From positions 147,291 through 211,290 of the forward strand of contig CANFEB010000001.1 in the NCBI GenBank assembly GCA_947445775.1: a DNA stretch of 64,000 nucleotides. Direction: 5' to 3'. Below, piece after piece: positions 17,654-26,369 of this stretch. Position 1 is the stretch's first letter. Each line of letters starts with the position of its first letter. Made by a program: the position numbers and the translations under genes. The notes beneath the pieces are model-generated. The model did no database searches. It saw only the letters and a list, made by a program, of their open reading frames with translations, and was not told where the DNA came from. The stretch is from Oligoflexales bacterium (lineage in GTDB: Bacteria; Bdellovibrionota_B; Oligoflexia; Oligoflexales; RGVZ01).

Positions 17654-18796
17654 TTACTGGATCATGCTCAACGCCGGAACGAATTCGCCGGGGTTCACGA
17701 CATAATTACGCACCACAGAACCCGCACCAATCACGGCCCCATCGCCCACTTCGACATCGTCCAGCGCGACATTCGGTCCAACCTTGCATCCGCGACCAAT
17801 ATTCGTATGCCCTTCAAGGCAAACGCCCGACCCGATCTCGGAGTCAACTCCCACCTTGCAGTCGGCTTCGACGTGGCAACTTTCTGGGTTGTGAAAGGTG
17901 ACGCCGGATTTCATCATTTTTCCGATCAACCTTTGGACCAGAAGTTTCTCCATGGCAGCCAACTGGCTCCGGTCATTCACCCCCAGAAAGTCATTCCAGT
18001 GGGCACATTCATGGACGACCACGTTAAGGTTTTTGCGCAAGGCGATTTTCAGACAATCCGTCAGGTAGTACTCGCCCTGGCTGTTTTCAGGTCGCAGGTC
18101 ATCCAGCAACCTAAAAAGCACTGCGGCCTTCGCAAAAATCACGCCAGTATTGCAGATGTTGATCTTTCGTTGGTCCGGGGACGCGTCGCGCTCTTCAACG
18201 ATCGCAGCGAACTTCCCGTCATGATTGGTCAGAATACGCCCGTAGCCTGCCGGGTCTGGAACGCGCATGGCTAGGACGCCGATGTCTGCTGCGCCGATCC
18301 GGCATTCATTTACAAAGTGGGAAAGCTCCTCTGGCGAGATGGCCGGGGTATCGCCGGCACAGATGATGACGTCATCCGGGGTCAGGGGCTGTATGGGACT
18401 TCCTTCATCCAAGAAGAGGCTGGCGTCAAGAAAACTTGGCGACTTGATGCCGCCGCCATTCTCTAGGGCTGGATAGACCGAGGCCACAGCGTCGCCGGTT
18501 CCCCGGGCCGTATGTTGGATGCAAAAGACTGCCGACGAAAATCGGCGCCAGACCTCGCGGCCACTCGCCGCAGCCATGGCGGGGCTGATGACGACGATTT
18601 GCCGGTCGATTCCTGCGGCCTGCAGGCAGCGGACGACCCAATCCAGCATGGGCAGGCCGGCAACCTTGTGCAAAACCTTGGGCAAATCGCTTTTCATGCG
18701 TGCGCCCTTGCCTGCGGCCAGTATGATTCCCGCGATTGCGCGGTTGGCAGTGGTTTCCGGAGAGGCTATTTTTGATTTGGACGGTCCTTCGCTCAT
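17654..18796 (-). CDS. glmU: Bifunctional GlcNAc-1-P uridyltransferase / GlcN-1-P acetyltransferase (compact GlmU)
   Basis: ILAAGKGARMKSDLPKVLH nucleotidyltransferase motif, left-handed beta-helix hexapeptide repeats at the C-terminus, directly upstream of glmS. Start taken at MSEGPSK (18796). Confidence 0.8.
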   Translation of the reverse strand: MSEGPSKSKIASPETTANRAIAGIILAAGKGARMKSDLPKVLHKVAGLPMLDWVVRCLQAAGIDRQIVVISPAMAAASGREVWRRFSSAVFCIQHTARGTGDAVASVYPALENGGGIKSPSFLDASLFLDEGSPIQPLTPDDVIICAGDTPAISPEELSHFVNECRIGAADIGVLAMRVPDPAGYGRILTNHDGKFAAIVEERDASPDQRKINICNTGVIFAKAAVLFRLLDDLRPENSQGEYYLTDCLKIALRKNLNVVVHECAHWNDFLGVNDRSQLAAMEKLLVQRLIGKMMKSGVTFHNPESCHVEADCKVGVDSEIGSGVCLEGHTNIGRGCKVGPNVALDDVEVGDGAVIGAGSVVRNYVVNPGEFVPALSMIQ

Positions 18797-18907
18797 AGCG
18801 CAGAAAGTACCGCGCCACGAACAGGCGGGCAATGTCGCAATTTGACGACACGCGGCGCATCTGGCAGTTAATTGATTAGGTATTCTTCACCGGCATAGGG
18901 GATCTTC

Positions 18908-19660
18908 TTGGGAATCGTGCAAAAGTTCAAGGCCTGGCGTCAAAGTCAGCACGAAGGAAAAATCGCCCGCTCTGCTAAAACCGCAAAAAACCCGAAGGCG
19001 ATTCGCGAGGACCGCTGGGCCGCAATCGAATCCCTGTGCGACGCGGAGGCCCCTTCAGAAGCCATTCCCGCACTGTTGCAGCGTTTTGAATTTAGCCTAG
19101 AAAACGGCATTGCCGATGCCAGAGAGAAAGAATTGGCCATGGGGGGTATCACCCGTTTTGGGGATCGGGCCGTCCCCCTCGTCATGGAACATCTGGTGGC
19201 CACGACGCGCATTGCCTGGCCCATCAAGATTCTTCGCAGTCTGGGCAACGAGGCCTTGGTGATGGAGGGGCTAAAAAAGGCCCTGAATTTCGGCGAAACC
19301 ACCTTTGACCAGGCCCAAACCGACAAAAATTATGACCTTTTGTGCCATCTCGTGGAGTTCAAATTAGGCTCGTTTGCCGCAGATCTTGGTCGTTTTCTCG
19401 ACGATCCAGACGAACGGGTCCGCTTTGCTGCGGCCGAGGTCCTGATCGAACAGAATGATCCGGCCCTAGTCCCCAAGTTAGAAGGGTTTTTGATGGACCA
19501 GACGGTGGAAAACATTCGCATTCGCCAGGCTGTCCTGCGGGCATTTGTCGAGCGTCAATGGACCCTGGGGCAACCCGAGCGCATTCCAGGGGGCGAAGTC
19601 GTTCCGGGGGTTTACGTTACCGGGACCAAAACCCTGGCCCTGCGTGGACAGCATTCGTGA
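18908..19660 (+). CDS. HEAT-repeat protein
   Basis: TTG start with an AGGGGA Shine-Dalgarno. Repeated helical units such as DERVRFAAAEVLIEQNDPALVPKLEGFL. 250 aa. Confidence 0.6.
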   Translation: MGIVQKFKAWRQSQHEGKIARSAKTAKNPKAIREDRWAAIESLCDAEAPSEAIPALLQRFEFSLENGIADAREKELAMGGITRFGDRAVPLVMEHLVATTRIAWPIKILRSLGNEALVMEGLKKALNFGETTFDQAQTDKNYDLLCHLVEFKLGSFAADLGRFLDDPDERVRFAAAEVLIEQNDPALVPKLEGFLMDQTVENIRIRQAVLRAFVERQWTLGQPERIPGGEVVPGVYVTGTKTLALRGQHS

Positions 19661-20109
19661 CGGAAGAGACCACCGTTTCGGTGATTTCGCCGTCAGCGAT
19701 CTGTCAAATAGAGATCCCGGTGTCGGATGTCCAGGCCTCCCTTCAATTCTATGAACACGTCTTTGGATGGCGGCGTTCGCCAGCGGATATCCAAGAATGC
19801 ATCATCTTGGAAACTCAAGGCACGGGGGCTGATGGGGCCCCGCCAGACGATTCCAGGACGATTGGAGTCAGCTTGATTCCGGGAGCCGCACCGCCGGGGC
19901 GCGGCAATCATGTTGGCACCCACTCCCATATCGTCCTCTACTTCAAAGTGGATGACCCCGAGGGCATCGTCCGTCGGGCTGTGGCCTACGGTGGCAGCAA
20001 GCGTTTCGGTCCACGCAAAATGCCTTCCTACGGAGAAATCTGGCGCATCACTGATCCCGATGGCAATCAGCTGGGCCTTTTCAAGGCTGGGGTCGCTGGG
20101 TCGGCTTAG
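19657..20109 (+). CDS. VOC (glyoxalase/bleomycin-resistance) family protein
   Basis: ICQIEIPVSDVQASLQFYEHVFGW is a typical VOC beta-alpha-beta start. GTG 19657 overlaps the upstream stop (GTGA). The track ORF from 19558 is probably over-extended. Confidence 0.7.
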   Translation: MTEETTVSVISPSAICQIEIPVSDVQASLQFYEHVFGWRRSPADIQECIILETQGTGADGAPPDDSRTIGVSLIPGAAPPGRGNHVGTHSHIVLYFKVDDPEGIVRRAVAYGGSKRFGPRKMPSYGEIWRITDPDGNQLGLFKAGVAGSA

Positions 20110-20238
20110 GCAAATTATCCCGCAACAGAAAACATTTCGGCAACTGCCACTGCCTTTGCAGATGGCACCGTGGTCACGTGGGGATCTTCTACCGAAAGTT
20201 CTTAACCGTGAGTCCGTTTTACGCAGGGAAGATCATGG

Positions 20239-23200
20239 CTACGGAAGCCGTTCATTCCTGATAACGCGGTTGGAAGCATCTGTGTAATAGACGTATTTTG
20301 AATCTACAAAGAGACCGTTGAAACCCTCTCCCGCAAAACTACCCTTAACCTTAACGAGCGTTGCGTTACTAACATGGAATTCGCGAATTTTAGTTAAATC
20401 CAATGAATAGACTGCACTTTTTGCAAAACTTCCAAGGTACATCGCGCCATTCGAAAATTGAAATTGCTCTTTAATAGAATTACACGCCCCAATGCTCGTC
20501 CCATTCAATAAAACATCGAACATGTATATCTTTTTTTCTGCCATATCGAACTCGGCAAATCGCCATGTCTTAGTCTGCGGATCAAATGCACAAGCGATGT
20601 AGGAATTGTCATCTGCGGTATAGGCTAGTTTACTGCCTAGCCCGAATTGAAGTCTGTTGCTGACTACGGGAGCCATACGAAAAGTTGCGGGATCGTAAAT
20701 GCCACTCGCCACTCCGGGGTTCAAGTACTCCGACGCAGTTGTTTGAAGAGGTTCCACGTATCCCGTCGATATCGAATCTGTATGAGACATGAGAGTGGTG
20801 ACTACGTCAAACCCACTTGCTGGCTGAGCACTTGAAACAGAGAAGGACTCTTTCACGCTTTGGCCTCCCCACCGACCACCAATTGACGCTACTTTTAAAT
20901 TGACCAAGTCGTTTGAAAACCCAGCTCCAGTTACGTACTCCAATTTATAAGTCGACCCTTTGTAAACGGTAGGCGGGGACGTTAGCGATAAATAATTATA
21001 TTTTGAGAACCCATCAGCGGCGAAAAGCAACAGCTGGTTTTTTGAACGATCCAAGGTGACTGGAAATATTGGGAAGCCACTAATTAAAGTCTCAATATTT
21101 GGTGCGGAGGTCGATTTTTCACTGAGTTTTATTCTTTGCAAATTATATTTATCTGAAAATACTACGTCTCCCTTATCATCTAGCGAGATAAATCTTGGGA
21201 AGTATAACCTGCGATTGATCGCCATCTGAGTAGGCTCAAGGCCAGCTCGATAACCAACGATTAACGCCATCCGGTTTGTTTTTATGTTGAAACTAAAAAC
21301 CAAACCATTTCTTCGCTCGGTCAAATAAATTATTTCAGGCGCTGCATTTACAACTCCAAAAGCAAAGTGAAGCGACGCGCGCGGCCCACTTACAAATGAG
21401 CCATCCGATGCCTGATCACTTGCCAGCGAATCCGCCAATGACGTTTCCGTCTTGTCTTTGTCATATTTCGTCAGTTGATTCCAAATATTTTTATCTTGAG
21501 GATCACCCACAGCAGGCAGCTTCATCTGATAGGCACCGAACCATCCCAGAGTTGCGATGAATCGGTTGGCGACTGCATCATAAGTGACCGAGGCAATGTG
21601 GTAATTTCGCGGATCGTCAGTCGTATTTCCAGGTAGCAGCTTCTCAAGAGACACCTTCGCTTCAAGATTTTGTGGGTCAAATCCAGTTAGAATGTATTGG
21701 TTACCTAAACCGGCACCTGAATTTTTTTCAGCGTCTTGAGTTCCCCCGAATAGAATGCGTCCGTCCTCACTTACGGCAAACGGCCTCCCATCACTCGGGA
21801 TATTCACAGACGCTTGAGAAATGTTTTTCTGATCCAACGGCCACGACGTCTGACCCTGGCTGGAACCTAAAACAAAACGAATCTCCCCGCTGTTATTGAG
21901 AGAAAATAATTGATTCTTGTAATTAAAAATTAAAAGCTGCTTTGATTCAATGAACCATAAATTTTTAGACAGGCCTCCTAAAGCATAACCGCTACCGACT
22001 TTCGGTGCAGGAACTTCAAACTGCACGAGTGATGCCTTTGTGTTGGCAGGGATCTGATCCGTGAGCAAAGTCCCGGCACTACTCGCCACTTGACTAGAGA
22101 TAACTGGCGTCACGGTTTTGGCTTTGAAATCCATTTTCAGTAGATGGCGTTGTCCAGTCAAAGCAGATTCGCCCGTTGCGTAGAAAATGTCCCCTTTTGA
22201 ATTATATGCCCATTTATTATCAATCGTGAATTCGGATACGACCGAATCTTTGCAGTCAATGGCGCTGCGATCCGCTTCACTCGAACGAAAAAGTCGGCAT
22301 GTTCTTGTATCGAATGGATCAATTTTGATATTTTTTTGAGGTAAGTAAATGGCCTTTCTCTTGTCGACATAAATATCGGCATAGTCTCCCACTGGTTCAA
22401 TTGTGGAGCCAGTCCCGCCATACCCTTTGTATGATCGGCCTGCCAGCACTTCAAAACCTCGGTTAATTTCTTGGGTCGAGGCGATGGATGCATTCCCGGC
22501 CTGATCAATGGCGGTAATGAAGACTGAATACACCTGATTGTCAGAAAAATCGGAAGGCACGATGTAATTTATTGTAAATAGATTCTTGGCGGCATCTGCG
22601 ACAATAATCGGAGAATTATACAAGGACGCATCAGGACATTGCTTAAGCGCTTGGTTATTCGCGAAGCTGCATCCTATATGTTTAAATTTAGTGGAATCAT
22701 TTTTGCTGATTAATGACACAATGATTTTTAAATCTTTAAATTGCGAGTCATCATCAGTGACTTCCACCTTAATCGTGTGAGTGGATCCTGCTTTCCACGG
22801 AACATATGCAATCTCCGCGGCAACCGGTTGTAGAAAATTTATTAAAGGAGCCGCACCCTGCCGAAAGTCGACGCCGCCTCCATCAGATGCCGTGTTGCCG
22901 TGAATGTCTCGAGCAAAAAGCTGAACCTTGTTATCCCCAATTTTGAGAACAGCAATCGGATCGAACGCGATTCTAGATTTCCAACAAGCATTGTCCTCTG
23001 TCGGAACGGTATCGCTGTCGTTAATTAACATGCAAATTTCAGTTGTCGCCTCTGCAGCAGAGGAGCCACTCAGACAATAATCCACGGGCAGCAGCATAGT
23101 TGCAACTGCGCTGTGAGTCCCTGGCGGGTTAGCACATGGGTTATTTGAAAAAGAATCTGCGCCGATAAACGCTTTTATTTTTAAATGTTGCGGTGAAGTC

Positions 23201-23391
23201 GCTTCCGAAGAAACGGCTGCAGCAGCCGAAATGGATGCAGTGGGCCTGCCAGCCATTGTTTTGTTCCCGTCGGCGAAATTTGCCTTGTTGCTACATGCAA
23301 AAAAATTGGAAACCAATAACCCCAGCGCCAAGTAGGCCGCCTTGCGTTTATTGTTCTGCTTTTGTAACCAAAGTTGTCGGATGGACTTCAC
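20239..23391 (-). CDS. Large surface lipoprotein (1050 aa), Ig-like N-terminal region plus repeat-rich beta-propeller-like body
   Basis: GTG start. MKSIRQLWLQKQNNKRKAAYLALGLLVSNFFAC has a lipobox. Segments such as ...VYSVFITAIDQAGNAS... resemble bacterial Ig-like domains, and the rest is Gly/Asn/Ser-rich beta-strand repeats. I recognise no enzymatic motif. Confidence 0.75.
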   Translation of the reverse strand: MKSIRQLWLQKQNNKRKAAYLALGLLVSNFFACSNKANFADGNKTMAGRPTASISAAAAVSSEATSPQHLKIKAFIGADSFSNNPCANPPGTHSAVATMLLPVDYCLSGSSAAEATTEICMLINDSDTVPTEDNACWKSRIAFDPIAVLKIGDNKVQLFARDIHGNTASDGGGVDFRQGAAPLINFLQPVAAEIAYVPWKAGSTHTIKVEVTDDDSQFKDLKIIVSLISKNDSTKFKHIGCSFANNQALKQCPDASLYNSPIIVADAAKNLFTINYIVPSDFSDNQVYSVFITAIDQAGNASIASTQEINRGFEVLAGRSYKGYGGTGSTIEPVGDYADIYVDKRKAIYLPQKNIKIDPFDTRTCRLFRSSEADRSAIDCKDSVVSEFTIDNKWAYNSKGDIFYATGESALTGQRHLLKMDFKAKTVTPVISSQVASSAGTLLTDQIPANTKASLVQFEVPAPKVGSGYALGGLSKNLWFIESKQLLIFNYKNQLFSLNNSGEIRFVLGSSQGQTSWPLDQKNISQASVNIPSDGRPFAVSEDGRILFGGTQDAEKNSGAGLGNQYILTGFDPQNLEAKVSLEKLLPGNTTDDPRNYHIASVTYDAVANRFIATLGWFGAYQMKLPAVGDPQDKNIWNQLTKYDKDKTETSLADSLASDQASDGSFVSGPRASLHFAFGVVNAAPEIIYLTERRNGLVFSFNIKTNRMALIVGYRAGLEPTQMAINRRLYFPRFISLDDKGDVVFSDKYNLQRIKLSEKSTSAPNIETLISGFPIFPVTLDRSKNQLLLFAADGFSKYNYLSLTSPPTVYKGSTYKLEYVTGAGFSNDLVNLKVASIGGRWGGQSVKESFSVSSAQPASGFDVVTTLMSHTDSISTGYVEPLQTTASEYLNPGVASGIYDPATFRMAPVVSNRLQFGLGSKLAYTADDNSYIACAFDPQTKTWRFAEFDMAEKKIYMFDVLLNGTSIGACNSIKEQFQFSNGAMYLGSFAKSAVYSLDLTKIREFHVSNATLVKVKGSFAGEGFNGLFVDSKYVYYTDASNRVIRNERLP

Positions 23392-23795
23392 AAATAATAT
23401 TCCCCAAACTTGGCTGCTCTGCTGATCGAAGTCTTATCGGTAGAACCTCCTTTAACTTGATCGAGATATGGCGAAAGGCCATAATATACCGCAATGATTG
23501 TTTTTTTGGAGCACATATAATCCATTTTCTGCCACGGGTAACTTTTGTTACCCGCTTCGGTAACACTTATTGTGGCGCTCCTGGATTCGCCCCAGTCCAA
23601 CCCTCCTAATTTCTCGCTGATTTTCGGTAACCTTTTTTGTGAGGGAATTCGAGATCCCTCCACAAGATATTTGCAGATGACACCGACCCAACGACTACAA
23701 ACGATCGATGGCAGCGCGAAATGCGTCTTTGCTCCAACCGTCAAGACTTCTTGGGTTAGCGATAAATCGGCGGACGTCTTGTTTTTCTGTTTCAA
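23388..23795 (-). CDS. Possible small ORF upstream of the lipoprotein gene (true start unclear)
   Basis: Its TGA overlaps the lipoprotein GTG (GTGA at 23388-23391), suggesting coupling. However, its first ~100 nt overlap the abiEii 3' end, and the shortest ATG version (23388..23525) is only 45 aa. No recognisable family. Confidence 0.25.
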   Translation of the reverse strand: MKQKNKTSADLSLTQEVLTVGAKTHFALPSIVCSRWVGVICKYLVEGSRIPSQKRLPKISEKLGGLDWGESRSATISVTEAGNKSYPWQKMDYMCSKKTIIAVYYGLSPYLDQVKGGSTDKTSISRAAKFGEYYL

Positions 23796-24487
23796 AATCG
23801 AAATTGGTTAACTGATCTTTTGCCCATTCTTTAAAAGCATCTTGCGTAAAGGCGCTGGTGGCGGGCCAGTTTCCGGACTGCCGTAATTTGCTCTCTAAAT
23901 AGATATAGTTCGGTTTTATGCCGCGCGCGACGTACCACAAAAAATCATACCAATCTCTTCCCTTTATGTTGTTGACCCGTTTACGGCAAAATGTCGCGTG
24001 CAACTTCCCTGCGAACAGGCTGGGCAGATCACACGTCAAGACGGAAAATACCTGCGGCCAAAAAAATGGTTTTGCCTCTGTTGTAAATCCTTGCGCTGGA
24101 TCGGTGTCAATTTCAAATTTTACTTTGAGAAGTTCGCCCTTTTGACCGTGGAAACTGGAACCTACCGCAATCATGTGGAGCTCCGTATCTGCTTTGACGA
24201 ACGCGGAATCTGTCGTTGAGTTCGCTTTTAACGGCATGAAGATACCTGTCTAGTGCGTTGCCATTCGTCTTGCTAAGGGCGGTAAAATCAAGATCCTCGG
24301 AAAAACGGTCTAATTGGTAGAGGATTCTTAGCGCGGTGCCACCATAGAAGGCCGCATGTTCAAAAAATTTTCCACGCCAGAGTCCGAGTAACGTGATCTC
24401 TTGAATGATTTCCCGCAGTGCGGCTTTTTCTTGTTGCGACGTTTTTGCACGGTAGGATTTTAGGCGTTCTTTTACTAATTCATTCAT
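23695..24487 (-). pseudogene. abiEii: AbiEii/AbiGii-family nucleotidyltransferase toxin, split by a frameshift
   Basis: ORF 24113..24487 carries FYGGTALRILYQLDRFSEDLDF (pol-beta NTase GG..DxD). ORF 23695..24237, in a frame offset by one nucleotide, carries DSAFVKAD...KVKFEIDTDP...AGKLHATFCRKR...GRDWYDFLWY. The homology switches frame at ~24206-24214. Confidence 0.8.
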
Positions 24488-25110
24488 GATGGCATCCTGT
24501 CGCGCAGAAGTTTTTCTAATAAATATAGCGCTGGCCTGTCATAAATTTTTGCTAGTTTCCTAAGGTTTGATATTTTGATTTGTTGAATATTTGTAAAATC
24601 GAGCCGCATGTCGCCTTCGAGATAGTCTTCCAGGTTTTTAAGTGTATTCAGTCCTTTCACGGTCCATATGCGGTAAATAAGCGCCTTCTCAGGGCTGGCA
24701 ATGAGATATGCGCGACCACCTTCGATTTCAATTCGTCTGAGACCGTAGATATAAAAATGCGGAGATAAATGTTCGTAGCTAAAGTCTCCGCACGGTGTAT
24801 TGAATTCCTTATTGCGGCCCGTCGTCATGCTTGTCACCGTCGTGACTCGTTCTGGAATGAGATCGTAGAGCGATAGCGCAAAATCTTGGGACACATAAGA
24901 TGGGCCGTAGATCATATTTGCGAGAACTAAAGGGCTATAAGGTTGCCTTGATTTGACGTAGATCCCCTTTTTGACGCGGATGATCTGATGAGTTTTTATT
25001 AGCTGGTTGATTTTGACGCGGGGATGCCCATAGTCTCTAAGGGATGACTTTAATAAATTGTAGTCAAATTCGGTGGTTAGTGTGTTTATATTGAATCGAT
25101 CTCGCGCCAT
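24484..25110 (-). CDS. abiEi: AbiEi-family type IV antitoxin / transcriptional regulator
   Basis: 208 aa. N-terminal wHTH-like INQLIKTHQIIRVKKGIYV, then ...MIYGPSYVSQDFALSLYDLIPERV..VTSMTTGRNKEF... is typical of AbiEi. Its stop overlaps the abiEii ATG (ATGA). Confidence 0.8.
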   Translation of the reverse strand: MARDRFNINTLTTEFDYNLLKSSLRDYGHPRVKINQLIKTHQIIRVKKGIYVKSRQPYSPLVLANMIYGPSYVSQDFALSLYDLIPERVTTVTSMTTGRNKEFNTPCGDFSYEHLSPHFYIYGLRRIEIEGGRAYLIASPEKALIYRIWTVKGLNTLKNLEDYLEGDMRLDFTNIQQIKISNLRKLAKIYDRPALYLLEKLLRDRMPS

Positions 25111-25116
25111 AAATTC

Positions 25117-25151
25117 TTCCAGTAAGTTAGTTAAATCCTAACTTACTGGAA
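25117..25151. promoter_or_regulatory. Perfect 14-bp-arm palindrome immediately upstream of abiEi (candidate AbiEi operator)
   Basis: TTCCAGTAAGTTAG (25117-25130), a 7-nt spacer, then CTAACTTACTGGAA (25138-25151). It begins 7 nt upstream of the abiEi ATG and lies just downstream of a TATTAT -10-like hexamer (minus strand, 25159-25154). Confidence 0.5.
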
Positions 25152-25203
25152 AAATAATAATCTGAATTCTGACCTGACCAGGGGTTTGTCCCCAGTAATT
25201 CAG
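25151..25203 (-). terminator. Possible imperfect terminator after alr
   Basis: On the minus strand: CTGAATT...GGGG-ACAAA-CCCC...AATTCAG, followed by ATTATTATTTT. The stem is interrupted by a 9-nt bulge. Confidence 0.3.
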
Positions 25204-25230
25204 CGGTCTTGCTTGCAGTTAAGGGATCCG

Positions 25231-26358
25231 CTAATAAATTATCTTGCGCGGAATGTCGGGATTGAGTCGGGTGAGAAGTTCATAGTGAATGGTGTCGGCC
25301 CAGTTGGCGATGTCTGCCGCTGAAATGGACTCGGCCCCGTCACTGCCAATCAAGACCGCGCGGTCGCCGACTTGGGCTGTTGGCACTTCCGTGACATCGA
25401 TCATGGTCATGTTCATACAAACGCGGCCAATCACGTGGCACCGCGCACCCTGAACAAGAACGTAGGCAGAACTGCCACTAACCGCACGCGGAAAACCCTC
25501 GTAGTAGCCGATCGGAATCACCGCGATGCGCATTTTCCGCGACGCGCGATACGTGCAGCCGTAGCCAACATATTGCCCGGCCTCGACGTCGATGACCGAC
25601 GTCAACGGAGCATGCCACGACAACACTGGCTCCAGGCCGTCGACGTCGCCAGATTCGCTGAGAAAACTTAGCCGCGTCGCCTGGGAGGGCCACTGGCCAT
25701 AGAGGCTAATGCCCACTCGATGCAGGTCCATCACACTGTCTGGCACGATCAAAGTTGAAGCACTGGAGGCCACATGGAATAGCGGCCTCATTCCGTGGGT
25801 GACGAAGGTCAGGCGAATCTGTTCGAATTTTTGCAATTGCAGTTTGGCGTAATTGTGCTCAAGGACATCTTCAACGTTGGCAAAATGGGTGCAGACGCCA
25901 GCCAGGATTTCTGGCCGCGCGGAAACTTGCCCGACGATGTCTGCAGCCGTTGACGGTGCGAATCCCTGGCGCGACATCCCCGTATCAAATTCAATGTGGA
26001 TGCGAAGTGGCGAGGCTGCGGGTGCGGCGAGGACTGCGGCCAGGGCCTGGGGTGTGCCCACAAAGACGTCGGCTTGGGCGTGGATGGCTGCGGGAATTTC
26101 ATCGGGAGTGAACGGACCACAAACGAGCACCCGACCCTTGAAACCAAGGTCGCGAAGCCCTTGGGCCTCGGCCAGATAATTCACGCAAAGCCAGGCCGGG
26201 TCTAGAGGCGCCAAAATTTCGTAAACTTGCCTCAGGCCATGCCCATAGGCATTGGATTTAACAACGGCGGCCAAACGATCACGCCCCACGCGGCTTTCAA
26301 AGAAGCGGTAGTTGCGCCGTAGGGCATCAGCTTGAATGGAGATTTCGCTCAGCATCAC
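25231..26358 (-). CDS. alr: Alanine racemase
   Basis: PLP-lysine motif AAVVKSNAYGHG, with ...VGYGCTYRA... and ...GRVCMNM... near the C-terminus. GTG 26358 or ATG 26355 as start. Confidence 0.92.
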   Translation of the reverse strand: MMLSEISIQADALRRNYRFFESRVGRDRLAAVVKSNAYGHGLRQVYEILAPLDPAWLCVNYLAEAQGLRDLGFKGRVLVCGPFTPDEIPAAIHAQADVFVGTPQALAAVLAAPAASPLRIHIEFDTGMSRQGFAPSTAADIVGQVSARPEILAGVCTHFANVEDVLEHNYAKLQLQKFEQIRLTFVTHGMRPLFHVASSASTLIVPDSVMDLHRVGISLYGQWPSQATRLSFLSESGDVDGLEPVLSWHAPLTSVIDVEAGQYVGYGCTYRASRKMRIAVIPIGYYEGFPRAVSGSSAYVLVQGARCHVIGRVCMNMTMIDVTEVPTAQVGDRAVLIGSDGAESISAADIANWADTIHYELLTRLNPDIPRKIIY

Positions 26359-26369
26359 CCGCTAGTTTG

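Larger units (their letters stand above)
20239..25151. other. Low-G+C accessory island (surface lipoprotein plus AbiE module), no mobility genes seen
   Basis: My hand counts of sampled 60-nt lines give ~38-40% G+C in 20.4-22.3 kb and ~45-52% in 24.3-25.0 kb, versus ~63-65% in the immediately flanking VOC and alr genes. Confidence 0.7.

Noticed and set aside
20112-25243. An 8-bp identical string AAATTATC at both island edges (20112-20119 and 25236-25243), considered as att-like target-site duplication.
   Set aside because: It is only 8 bp, and the right copy lies inside the alr coding region. By a rough estimate the chance expectation for such a match between two ~100-bp edges is not negligible. 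No integrase is present.
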